Under the pieces are notes generated by a model that saw nothing but the letters and a program-made list of their open reading frames with translations, ran no database searches and was not told the origin of the DNA. The position numbers and the translations under genes are program-made. A DNA stretch of 64,000 nucleotides from contig NZ_JAQNDL010000004.1 in the NCBI RefSeq assembly GCF_028368995.1, positions 320,001-384,000 on the forward strand, written 5' to 3'. Positions 42,193-50,554 of the stretch are shown here, one piece after another (the stretch's first letter is position 1; each line of letters starts with the position of its first letter). This DNA is from Nannocystis bainbridge. GTDB lineage: Bacteria; Myxococcota_A; Polyangia; Nannocystales; Nannocystaceae.

Positions 42193-43632
42193 TCAGCCGC
42201 CCGCAGCCGCGGCCGGGACGAAATCCGCCGTGGCTGCAGCAGCTTCGGCCCGGCGCTCGTCGGCCTCCTCCAGCCTGCGCTTCTCCTCCTCGGGGTCGGG
42301 CGGGCCGATCGGCCGCTCCTGAAAGAAGGCCTGATCGGGCGGGAGGCTCGAGTCGCGGACGTGGACGACGACGCTGCGCTCGAGGTCGGCGGGCAGGTAA
42401 CCAGTCCAGCCGGCCGGCAGCGCGGGGGCGACCCACTCGAACAGCCAGCGGGCGTCGAGCGGGGCGAGGTTGACGCAGCCGTGGCTGCGCCGCTTGCCGA
42501 ACTGGTCGTGCCAGTAGGCGCCGTGGAGCGCGTTGTGACCCTGGAAGAGCATGACCCAAGGGACATGTTCGACCATGTACGGGTTGTCCTCGTAGTCCTG
42601 GTTGGCCATGGTCATGCTGGCGACCTTGGCCCAGATCGGGTAGTTGCCCTTCGGGGTCGGCGAACCCTTGCCCGAGCTGACGAGGGTGACGTAGACCGGC
42701 CGCGCGCCGCGGTAGGCGACGAGGACCTGCTCGCCGAGGTCGATGTCGATCCACTGGTCGTCGCCGCTGGCGAGCCGGTTGTCGCGCAGGGCACCTTCGG
42801 GGATCGGCGTGAACACGACCTCGTTGAGGTTCTTGGCCTGGACCCATCGACCCTCGCCGATCTTCCACCAGCGCGCGGGGTCGGCCTCACCTGACTCTTC
42901 GAGCAGGTCGACACGCTCGCGCAGGCCGAGAGTGCCGACCTGGGCGGCCTTGAGATCGGGCTCGGCGAGCACGGGGGTCTTGTCGCGCGAGGACCAGGCG
43001 AAGGCAGGGCCGACGCCGGCGTCGCCGGCGAGGAAGACGCCGCGCCAGGCCGAGCCCTGACCGAGCCAGCCGACCGCGGACTTGCTGACGAGCGCGCCGT
43101 CGACGGTCTCGACGTAGGCGCCGCCGTCGACCTCGAGGGTGCGCGCGACGGCGAGGTTCATGCCCTCGCTCAGGCTGCGCGCGGCGACGCCGGTGCGCAC
43201 GCCGTCGACGCCGCGGTACATGAGGGCGCCGTCCTCGCGGACCTTGGTGTAGTCGAAGGGCAGGCGACGCTCGCCACGCATGCGGTCGGCGAGCGCGTGG
43301 CCGACGGTCGGCTGGTCGCGCGCGGGTTTGACGTGCTCCGAACAGACGTAGCCGAACGGATAGACGGCGTACCACGGCTTGCCCTTGCAGCCGCTGCTGT
43401 CACGGCTGGCGATCTGCCCCCGCACGACCAAACGTGTCCCTTTGGACATGGTGGCGATCCGCTTGCTCGGCGCCCACGGGCGGGTGCGAATGCCGGTCTC
43501 GGGCCAGTGAGTCTCGACGATCGCGGCGGGCGCCGCGTCGACCTTGATGCCCTCGCGCGCCTCGTCCACGGGCTCGAGGCGGCCGAGCGCGGCGAGGGTG
43601 CGGAGGGCGGTCCAGGCGACGAGGAGCTGCAC
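42193..43632 (-). CDS. L,D-transpeptidase (YkuD) family protein
   Basis: WIDIDLGEQVL, VSSG...TPKG, ALHGAYWH...SHGCVNL. Confidence 0.92.
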   Translation of the reverse strand: MQLLVAWTALRTLAALGRLEPVDEAREGIKVDAAPAAIVETHWPETGIRTRPWAPSKRIATMSKGTRLVVRGQIASRDSSGCKGKPWYAVYPFGYVCSEHVKPARDQPTVGHALADRMRGERRLPFDYTKVREDGALMYRGVDGVRTGVAARSLSEGMNLAVARTLEVDGGAYVETVDGALVSKSAVGWLGQGSAWRGVFLAGDAGVGPAFAWSSRDKTPVLAEPDLKAAQVGTLGLRERVDLLEESGEADPARWWKIGEGRWVQAKNLNEVVFTPIPEGALRDNRLASGDDQWIDIDLGEQVLVAYRGARPVYVTLVSSGKGSPTPKGNYPIWAKVASMTMANQDYEDNPYMVEHVPWVMLFQGHNALHGAYWHDQFGKRRSHGCVNLAPLDARWLFEWVAPALPAGWTGYLPADLERSVVVHVRDSSLPPDQAFFQERPIGPPDPEEEKRRLEEADERRAEAAAATADFVPAAAAGG

Positions 43633-43714
43633 GGCGAGACGCTACCACGGCCGCGCAGGCGGACCGCAAAGTCGACCACGCGCGAGGGGGCACGAGGTAT
43701 TCCAGCGCGCCGGC

Positions 43715-45298
43715 TCAGGAGCCGGAGCCGGCGCCAAGGACAGGCAGCGGGAACTTGTTGCGCCGCTCGGCCGCCTTGCCGCGCCGCCGCGCCCACGCGG
43801 CCTCGTCGCCGAACTTGAGCGGACGCGCGAGGGGAGGCGTGGCCTCGAAGGCACGGATCCAGTCGGCGTAGCGCGCGCCGGCTCGCACGGCCTGGATCGC
43901 GGCGTGGCCGGCGTCAGGGCCGCGCTGGGCCAGGAAGTACTCGATGTGGGCCCAGCGCGGCGACTGCGGCCGGATCTCGACCTTGCCGGCGAGACCGCTG
44001 CGGATCCGTCGCAGACGCTCCTCGGCCGCCTTGACGCCCATGAAGGCCTGACCGTCGAGCGGGGTGTTGCGCTTGGGGACGAAGGTGGAGAAGGTCAGCG
44101 CGAGACGGCCGATGCGGGCCAGCTCGCGGGCGAAGCGGATGAGCTCGTCGACGTCGGCGTCGGTCTCGCCGGGGGCGCCGATCATCTCGTAGACCTTGAG
44201 GCGGTGGAAGCCGTGCTCATGCACGAGCTTGGCGGCGCGCAGGATGTGCTCTTCCTTGATCTTGCGATCGAGCAGCAGCCGCATGCGCTCGCTGATGCCG
44301 TCGGAGGCGACGGTGATGGTGCGGTGACCGCTGCGCTGCATGTCGCGCAAGAAGGTGGGCGTGAGGCGATCGGCCCGCATGCTGGAGATGCTGACCGAGC
44401 GGCCCGACTCGACCAGGCTGGCGACCAGCGACTCGAGGTCGGGGTGATCGGTCACGGCAGCGCCGACCAGACCGACCTTGCGCGCTTGCTCGGGCACGAG
44501 GTCGAGGACGCGGTCGACCTCGACGAGGCGCATGCCGCCGCCCGGCTGGATCCGCATGACGCAGAAGGCACACTGACGCGAGCAGCCGCGCTCGGGCTCG
44601 ATCAAGAACATGTCCGCGAGCTCGGTGTCGGGCGTGAGGATCGCGGAGTACGCCGGGACGCGCTCCTTGCTCGCCCGCGCCGGCTCCGGCAACTCGTGGA
44701 ACAGGCCGGGGACGAGCTCGCCGACGATGGTGTGCGGCAACTCGGCGGCGGCGGCGATGGCGGGCTCGCGGCGTCGATGCGCGAGCAGTCGGTCGATGGC
44801 GTCGGGCAGGACGTCCTCGGCCTCGCCGGAGATCAAAAGATCGGCGAAGGGGAGCAGGCTGCTGGGGTTGGAGAAGGTGAGGGGGCCGCCGAAGATGAGG
44901 ATCGGGTCGTGTTCGCGGCGCTCGGCGGCGAGGACCGGGATACCGGACCCTTCGAGCAGGCGGACGAGGCCGGCGAGCTCGAGCTCGTAGGCGACCGAGA
45001 TGGCGACGACGCGGTACGACGACAGCGGTCGCTCGCCCTCGTAGGTGAGGATCTGTCGGCGCGGCTGCGGCCAGGGCAGCGCCATCGGCTCCCACGCGTC
45101 GGGCAAGAAGGCCCGGTGCGCGCCGAACTGCAGCTCGTGCAGCAGGCGGTAGAGGGTCTGGAAGCCCAGGCTGGACATGCCAGCGCGATAAGGGCTGGGA
45201 TAGGCGAAGGCGACCTCGGAAGGTCGCCCTACGCCCAGAGTCCCGATCTCACGGTCCAGACGAGCCCGCAGCAGGGCTCGCTCGTCGCTCACGGCCAT
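43715..45298 (-). CDS. Radical SAM protein (B12-binding-domain type)
   Basis: YPSPYRAGMSSLG, RGCSRQCAFC (CxxxCxxC), SSMRAD, MIGAPGETDAD, FVPKRNTP. Confidence 0.92.
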   Translation of the reverse strand: MAVSDERALLRARLDREIGTLGVGRPSEVAFAYPSPYRAGMSSLGFQTLYRLLHELQFGAHRAFLPDAWEPMALPWPQPRRQILTYEGERPLSSYRVVAISVAYELELAGLVRLLEGSGIPVLAAERREHDPILIFGGPLTFSNPSSLLPFADLLISGEAEDVLPDAIDRLLAHRRREPAIAAAAELPHTIVGELVPGLFHELPEPARASKERVPAYSAILTPDTELADMFLIEPERGCSRQCAFCVMRIQPGGGMRLVEVDRVLDLVPEQARKVGLVGAAVTDHPDLESLVASLVESGRSVSISSMRADRLTPTFLRDMQRSGHRTITVASDGISERMRLLLDRKIKEEHILRAAKLVHEHGFHRLKVYEMIGAPGETDADVDELIRFARELARIGRLALTFSTFVPKRNTPLDGQAFMGVKAAEERLRRIRSGLAGKVEIRPQSPRWAHIEYFLAQRGPDAGHAAIQAVRAGARYADWIRAFEATPPLARPLKFGDEAAWARRRGKAAERRNKFPLPVLGAGSGS

Positions 45299-45320
45299 GT
45301 GTGGAGTCTAGCCGCGCCGC

Positions 45321-46313
45321 CTAGAAGCGCAGCGCGAAGGAGCCCGCAGCGCCGCCGCCGGGCAGGGGCGCCGCGCCGAGGCCGGTGACCTCGAGCCGCT
45401 TCTTGCCGGCGTAGAAGCCCTTGCTCTTCTTCTTGTTGGAGCGATCGATGGCGATCATGGCGATGCCACCGACCAGCAGCGCGCCGCCCGCCGCGATGAG
45501 GATCGGCGTGACGAGGTTGAGGGTCTTCAGCGAGTTGAAGTCGTCGTCGACGTCGCTGTTGTACTGACCCTGCGGGAAGGTCGAGATGAGGTTGCCCGAA
45601 CCGGCGGCGGCCTCTTCGATGCCGGTGGCCCGATTCTTGGCGCCCACGAGGGTGCCGATGCCGCCGCCGACAGCGCCGACGCCGAGCACCGCGAGCACGA
45701 CGCCGCCGATGAAGAGACCGGAGACGCCGCGCTTCTTCGGCGCGTCGTCCTCGTCCGCGCTGCTGCTGTTGTTCTTGCGCTTCTGCAGCAGCGGGTCCTC
45801 TTCGTCGGTCGCCGGACGCGACGAAGTGTTGTTGTTATTGGTCGTCGGCGTGGGCGCAGCCGCAGAACCACCGGTGACGCACTCCGGGTTGTTCTCGGAC
45901 TTCTGCAGCAGGTCCTGGGCCTTCTTGCGCAGCTCGGCGTTGTTCTGCTCCTTGACGAGGAACAGCTCGAGGTACTGCTTTACGCGGGCGCAGTCCTTTA
46001 GCTCCCACGCGTCCTGGCCGATGTTGAAGGCGAAGATGTGCTTGTCGGGCGCGAACGCGTAGGCCTGCTCGAACCGGATGACCGAGTTGTAGTAGTCCTC
46101 GCGGTCGTGGGCCGCCTTGGCCTCGCCGAACAGCCGCTTCGCCCAGTTGAGCCGATCTTCCTGAGAGAGCGTGCTCGGGTCGGGCGGAGCTTCGGGCTGG
46201 ACGCCGTTGCCGCCCGGCGGCGGCGGCGGCGGCGGACCGGCCCAGGCGACCGAGGTGGGCAGCGCGAGGGTGGTGCAGAGGAGGGCAGACAGCGAGGCGC
46301 GCAGGATCGACAT
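45321..46313 (-). CDS. Exported TPR-like protein with C-terminal hydrophobic segments
   Basis: Signal peptide, poly-Pro, helical repeat (AKRLFGEA...FEQAY...FNIGQ), two Gly-rich hydrophobic helices, C-terminal F. Confidence 0.8.
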   Translation of the reverse strand: MSILRASLSALLCTTLALPTSVAWAGPPPPPPPGGNGVQPEAPPDPSTLSQEDRLNWAKRLFGEAKAAHDREDYYNSVIRFEQAYAFAPDKHIFAFNIGQDAWELKDCARVKQYLELFLVKEQNNAELRKKAQDLLQKSENNPECVTGGSAAAPTPTTNNNNTSSRPATDEEDPLLQKRKNNSSSADEDDAPKKRGVSGLFIGGVVLAVLGVGAVGGGIGTLVGAKNRATGIEEAAAGSGNLISTFPQGQYNSDVDDDFNSLKTLNLVTPILIAAGGALLVGGIAMIAIDRSNKKKSKGFYAGKKRLEVTGLGAAPLPGGGAAGSFALRF

Positions 46314-46338
46314 GGGCGGGTCGTTTCTCTCGGGTGGC

Positions 46339-46992
46339 TCAGCCGAACGGATCGGCGACTTCGCTCTTCTTCTTGGGCTCGGTCTTCTTGGCGCCGCCGC
46401 CACCACCGCCACCGCCGCCGGTCTTCTTGACCTTCTTGACCGTCTTCTTGGCGTCGGCGTTGGCGTCGGGATCCGGCTGGCCGGGCGTGACGCCAGGCTG
46501 CGCGGGCGGAGCGTTGGGATCGACGGGCTGGCCCGGCGTGCCGACGCCAGGCTGACCCGCGACGTTCGGCTGACCGGGGATCGGTTGACCCGGGACGTTC
46601 GGCTGGCCGGGAAGCGGCTGGCCGGGCTGATTGGGCGCGACCACCGGCGGCTGGACCGGCGTGGGCTCCTTGGTCTCGATCTTGGCCGGCGCGGGCGGAG
46701 GCGGCGGCGGCGGATCGGGCTTCAGGAACATCGCCAGCCCGACAGCGATGCCGGCCACTGCGAGACCACCACCGAGCGCGATCGCCAGGATCGGCTTCGG
46801 AGGCGGCGGGGCCTCCTGCACGGGCGCAGCGTAGGTCTCAGCCTGCGGGGGCGGCTCCGGCGGCGGAGGCGGCGGCGGAGGCTCGGGCTCCGGCACCATG
46901 GTCGGAGTCATTGCAAGCTCGTCGACGAGCTGCCCGAGCAGGTCGTCAAACGCATCGGCGTTGCCGGATGTGGTCTTCTTGGGTGCAGCCAC
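46339..46992 (-). CDS. Pro-rich single-pass membrane protein
   Basis: GTG start with GAGAGG RBS; one TM segment; PGQP repeats; Lys/Gly tail ending DPFG. Confidence 0.8.
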   Translation of the reverse strand: MAAPKKTTSGNADAFDDLLGQLVDELAMTPTMVPEPEPPPPPPPPEPPPQAETYAAPVQEAPPPPKPILAIALGGGLAVAGIAVGLAMFLKPDPPPPPPPAPAKIETKEPTPVQPPVVAPNQPGQPLPGQPNVPGQPIPGQPNVAGQPGVGTPGQPVDPNAPPAQPGVTPGQPDPDANADAKKTVKKVKKTGGGGGGGGGAKKTEPKKKSEVADPFG

Positions 46993-47091
46993 GGTGCCTC
47001 TCCTTCAACGGAGCCGAGAGCGGTTGGTCGATGTTAGCCTCTCGGGCAGGAGCGATACAAGGGTTTGCAGAACCGCGGCGGCGAATGATGT

Positions 47092-48060
47092 TCACCGCGC
47101 GGCGGATTCACTGGCGAGGCCAAGGCCAGTCTGCGCGCTCGCCAGTGCGCAGACGAGGGATTCCACACGGTCGATGAGCGCGGTCAAACGCGGGCGGCTG
47201 GGCCGGATCGGCGCTCCGGCGGACGACGCGAACGCGGCGAGCTCCGGCCACACCGCGGATCTCGCCTCGTCCATGTAGAGCGCGCGATTCACCTCGAGCT
47301 GCAACGCGTGCTGACTGGCCTCCGGTCTGCCGAACGAGCGCACGAGTTCACCGCCGCGGTAGGGGTCGTTCAGGCGCACGGAGAGCGCTGGCCGACCGTC
47401 CGCAGACGCGTGCAGCGCCGCGAGCGCCCGCTGCTGCAGCGCCGGGCTGCACGCGCCGCCCTCGTAGGTGCCGAGGATCAAGTCGCCGGGGACGCTGCTC
47501 GGCATGCTGTGGGCGTCGAGCAGGATCGCGTGGCCGAAGCGGGCCCGCCGGCGCGCGAGCAACACGGCGAGCGCCCGGTGGTAGGGCAGGTAGTAGCGGC
47601 TGAGGCGCTGCGCGAACTCGGCGTACGACAGCGGGCGATCGAGGATGGGGATGTTGCCGACGGCGTTGCCCCACACGACGCCGCGGTTCCTGGCCTGGGG
47701 TCCGCACCAGCTGCGGCGATCGGGGCGCGGAGCGGGATGATCCGGGACGATCTCGGGACCCACGTCGTCGGGGGCTCGGTTGAGGTCGACGAGGAGCCGG
47801 CTGTACTCGGCGCGCACGACGGCGGCCCCGAGGGCGGCGGCGCGGCTGTAGAGCAGGTGGACCTCGTAGTCGGCGTTGCGGGCGAACTCCACCGGCGGAC
47901 GGGCTCGCGTGGCGTCGTTGGGCCAGGCGAGGCCGACGTGCGGGAGGCTGATGACGAGCGGGGTGATGCGCTCGGCCGGGATGAACCGAAATGGCAGCGG
48001 CGTGCCCGATGGGTGCCCGACGTCCTCGGGGCCGAGCTGCTCGAGCGCGGGTTCGGTCAC
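47092..48060 (-). CDS. N-formylglutamate amidohydrolase family protein
   Basis: SLPHVG, YSRLLVDLNR, PYH, DAHSMPS, NDPYRGG, QLEVNRALYMDE. Confidence 0.92.
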   Translation of the reverse strand: MTEPALEQLGPEDVGHPSGTPLPFRFIPAERITPLVISLPHVGLAWPNDATRARPPVEFARNADYEVHLLYSRAAALGAAVVRAEYSRLLVDLNRAPDDVGPEIVPDHPAPRPDRRSWCGPQARNRGVVWGNAVGNIPILDRPLSYAEFAQRLSRYYLPYHRALAVLLARRRARFGHAILLDAHSMPSSVPGDLILGTYEGGACSPALQQRALAALHASADGRPALSVRLNDPYRGGELVRSFGRPEASQHALQLEVNRALYMDEARSAVWPELAAFASSAGAPIRPSRPRLTALIDRVESLVCALASAQTGLGLASESAAR

Positions 48061-49898
48061 GAATCGCTCCAGCGCCGGCCGGACCAGGCTTCGAAGCGCC
48101 CGCGGGCGGCAAGATCGGCGTCGGCGATCCGCTCGATCTGCGGAGCCCCGCGCGCGGCGGCGAAGGCGAGCGAGATCGTCGACACGCGCTCGCGCCGGCT
48201 GACCAGCAACTCCGCGGGTGCGCCCGGTTGCAGGTGATCCCAGACGCGGGCGGCCCGGGCGGCTCGGACCCGCAGCCAGCTGCCGTCCTGGCGGCGCGCG
48301 GCCAACAGCTCGTCGCCGGAGGCCAGACCAGCGCGCTCAGCGGGCGAGTCGGTGCGCACGAATTCGACCCAGGCGCTGCCACCACGGTCCAGGATGGTGA
48401 AGCCGGGATCGACGAGGCCGGGCTGAACTGGCTTTTCGGACAGGCGAAGGCCGAGCAGCGCGAGCCCGGTGAAGTCCAGCTCGGTCGGTCGAGACCAGAG
48501 TGCGCGAATGGCGCCCGGGACCTCTGCGAGGCCGCTTTTCTCCCCTAGAATCTGCTCGAGAGCGTCCACCCTAAAGCCTGGATAGGAATAGGTATTTGTC
48601 GTGGAAGGTCCGCGTGTTTCACGGTCGCCGGGGCCGCGGCGCCAGAGCTCGGCGAGGACAGCATCGAGGCCGTTGCCGGAGGGTTGCAACTCGCGGAGCC
48701 AGAGGTCGAGGAGCAGGGCGACGAGGCTACCCTTGAGGTAGTAGCTGACCGAGGCGTTGGGGCTGTCGTCCTGTGGGCGGTACAGCTTGATCCACGCGTC
48801 GAAGCTCGACTCCTCGAGCGACTGGACCAGGCGGCCCGGGGTGTCGCGCAGGCGAGCGATGGAGTCGGCGAGCCGCTGGAGGTGGGCCTTGACGCTGATC
48901 TCGCCGCTGCGCAGGACGAGCAGGCCGTCGTAGTAGCTGGTGAAGCCTTCGGCGATCCACAGCTCACGGGTGTAGTTCTCGCGGCCGTAGTCGAACGGGC
49001 CGAGCGCGAGCGGGCGCAAGCGCTTGACGTTCCAGGCGTGGAACAGCTCGTGACTGGCGAGCTCGAGCAGGTCGTAGACGCCGGCCTCGCTGTCGTCGTC
49101 GCGGTCGAGCGTGCCGGCCTGGATGCGCCGCGCAGCGGGCGCCCACCAGTCCGGCTCGACGCCGAGGACGCTGCCGGAGAGGTGCTCGAGGCCGCCGCGA
49201 GCGCCGACGGCCGCGTGGACGAGGAAGGTGTAGTGGTCGTAGGGGCGCGCGGGCCAGAAGCGCTCGACCTGGTCGACGACGCGGGCCAGGCGTGGGAGCA
49301 CGAACTCGGGCAGCGGCTCGCCCCACACCGCCAGGCGCACGTGCTCGCACGGGGCCGGGAGGGTGGTGACGGCGAGCAAGCCGGCCTCGATCGGGGTGTC
49401 GAAAAGGGCGTCGAGGTCGGGGAGATCGAGCTCGAAGCGGCCGGGGCTGTGGCGCTCCTGGCGGGCGGGATCGGCGGCGAGGCTGATCGCGGACCAGCCA
49501 GGGAGCAGATCGACGGCGACGCGGAACGGGCCGGCGTAGCCCTCGGGCACCAGGAACAGCTGCGGCGGGTGGAGATAGGCGTGGCTGGCGTCGTGATGGG
49601 CGGTGCGGACGCTGAGGTCGTGGGCGTAGACGCTGTAGTCGACGACGATCCGCTCCCCCGGCTGGCTGGCGAGCTCGAACCGGTCCTTGGCGATCTTGCG
49701 GATCTCCCGCGGCGCGTCGTCGACGGTCGCGGCGATCGAGCGGACGTTGCGCGCGTACTCGCGGAGCACGTACGAACCGGGGCTCCAGGCCGGCATCCAG
49801 AGCTGGCAGATCTCCCCGCCCGCGGTCAGCTCCAGGCGGACGTGGACGAGGTGCGCCCCTGGCTGCGGAAACGTGATGCGGTAGGCGACGAGATCCAC
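48057..49898 (-). CDS. M61 family metallopeptidase with PDZ domain
   Basis: MPAWSPGSY, GGLEH, SHELFHAWNVKR, WIAEGFTSYY, SYYLKG, SPAERAGL. Confidence 0.95.
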   Translation of the reverse strand: MDLVAYRITFPQPGAHLVHVRLELTAGGEICQLWMPAWSPGSYVLREYARNVRSIAATVDDAPREIRKIAKDRFELASQPGERIVVDYSVYAHDLSVRTAHHDASHAYLHPPQLFLVPEGYAGPFRVAVDLLPGWSAISLAADPARQERHSPGRFELDLPDLDALFDTPIEAGLLAVTTLPAPCEHVRLAVWGEPLPEFVLPRLARVVDQVERFWPARPYDHYTFLVHAAVGARGGLEHLSGSVLGVEPDWWAPAARRIQAGTLDRDDDSEAGVYDLLELASHELFHAWNVKRLRPLALGPFDYGRENYTRELWIAEGFTSYYDGLLVLRSGEISVKAHLQRLADSIARLRDTPGRLVQSLEESSFDAWIKLYRPQDDSPNASVSYYLKGSLVALLLDLWLRELQPSGNGLDAVLAELWRRGPGDRETRGPSTTNTYSYPGFRVDALEQILGEKSGLAEVPGAIRALWSRPTELDFTGLALLGLRLSEKPVQPGLVDPGFTILDRGGSAWVEFVRTDSPAERAGLASGDELLAARRQDGSWLRVRAARAARVWDHLQPGAPAELLVSRRERVSTISLAFAAARGAPQIERIADADLAARGRFEAWSGRRWSDS

Positions 49899-49959
49899 GC
49901 CAGGCAGGATAGCAAGGTGGTCCGGGCCGACGAATTTTTCGCGCCGGCGTCACCGTTCG

Positions 49960-50137
49960 GGTTCCCCGGAAAATCGCCGCGAAGCGGGTTCCAAGGAGAT
50001 ACGGCCGACGCTTCGACCCGCGCGCCCCCGAGCACCGTCGCTGGTGTCCGGGTGGGTCACCCGCCGGCCTGCTGGTCCTCCGACCTCAACGTGTGACCCA
50101 TCACGCCGCAGCGAGCAGTCGCTGCGGCGTTTGTTTT
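49960..50137 (+). ncRNA. Candidate small RNA ending in an orphan intrinsic terminator
   Basis: Stem ggtgggtcac(50051-60)/gtgacccatc(50093-102), then the terminator; no credible + strand CDS upstream; 5' end unknown. Confidence 0.35.
50103..50137 (+). terminator. Intrinsic terminator (+ strand)
   Basis: acgccgcagcga-gcag-tcgctgcggcgt followed by ttgtttt. Confidence 0.8.
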
Positions 50138-50157
50138 GGGTCGCTCGGCGATGCGAC

Positions 50158-50198
50158 CAAAAGGCGAAAGCCCTCAGCGGAGTGCGCTGAGGGCTTTC
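50158..50198 (-). terminator. Intrinsic terminator of the tRNA operon
   Basis: gaaagccctcagcg-gagtg-cgctgagggctttc directly downstream of tRNA-Glu, with T-runs on the minus strand. Confidence 0.8.
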
Positions 50199-50202
50199 TG
50201 AG

Positions 50203-50274
50203 TGACCCTGTCGGGACTTGAACCCGAGCTTTCGGCGTGAGAGGCCAACGTCCTAACCGCTAGACTACAGGGCC
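50203..50274 (-). tRNA. tRNA-Glu (anticodon CTC)
   Basis: GGCCCTG...TTGGC-CTCTCAC-GCCGA...TCGGG-TTCAAGT-CCCGA-CAGGGTC-A cloverleaf; CCA not encoded. Confidence 0.95.
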
Positions 50275-50295
50275 AGAAACTCTCGGACGTGGTAG

Positions 50296-50366
50296 TTCGG
50301 GGACAGGGATTCGAACCCCGATAGGCGGTACCAGAAACCGCAGTCCTACCATTAGACGATCCCCGA
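50296..50366 (-). tRNA. tRNA-Gln (anticodon CTG)
   Basis: TCGGGGA...GCGGT-TTCTGGT-ACCGC...CGGGG-TTCGAAT-CCCTG-TCCCCGA-A cloverleaf. Confidence 0.95.
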
Positions 50367-50454
50367 AGAAGGGCGAAGCGCCGGAGAGGGGGTGTTGGTG
50401 GGTTCGAACCTTTCGGTCTGAACCGCGCCCCTGGGCGCGTCCGAGGTGCGGGGG

Positions 50455-50483
50455 AAGATGCTCCAAGCCTCGGCGGGTGTCAA
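50455..50483 (-). promoter_or_regulatory. Sigma70-type promoter of the tRNA operon
   Basis: TTGACA (50483-50478), 17-bp spacer, CATCTT (50460-50455). Confidence 0.75.
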
Positions 50484-50554
50484 GCATGATTTGGAAGCGA
50501 CGGCGATGTGCGGATGGCGCGACAGTCGGAGGGAGGCCATGTAAGGTTTCGGCC

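Noticed and set aside
48540-48630. tgtttcacg and cgtggaa in a lower-GC patch of the M61 gene as parS
   Set aside because: Only half-sites; no 16-bp parS palindrome.
50203-50366. tRNA genes as an island integration site
   Set aside because: No integrase, no duplicated tRNA 3' end and no compositional break.
50370-50445. GGTTCGAACCC T-loop-like sequence in the tRNA operon leader as a third tRNA
   Set aside because: I could not build an acceptor stem, D arm or anticodon arm; at most a remnant.
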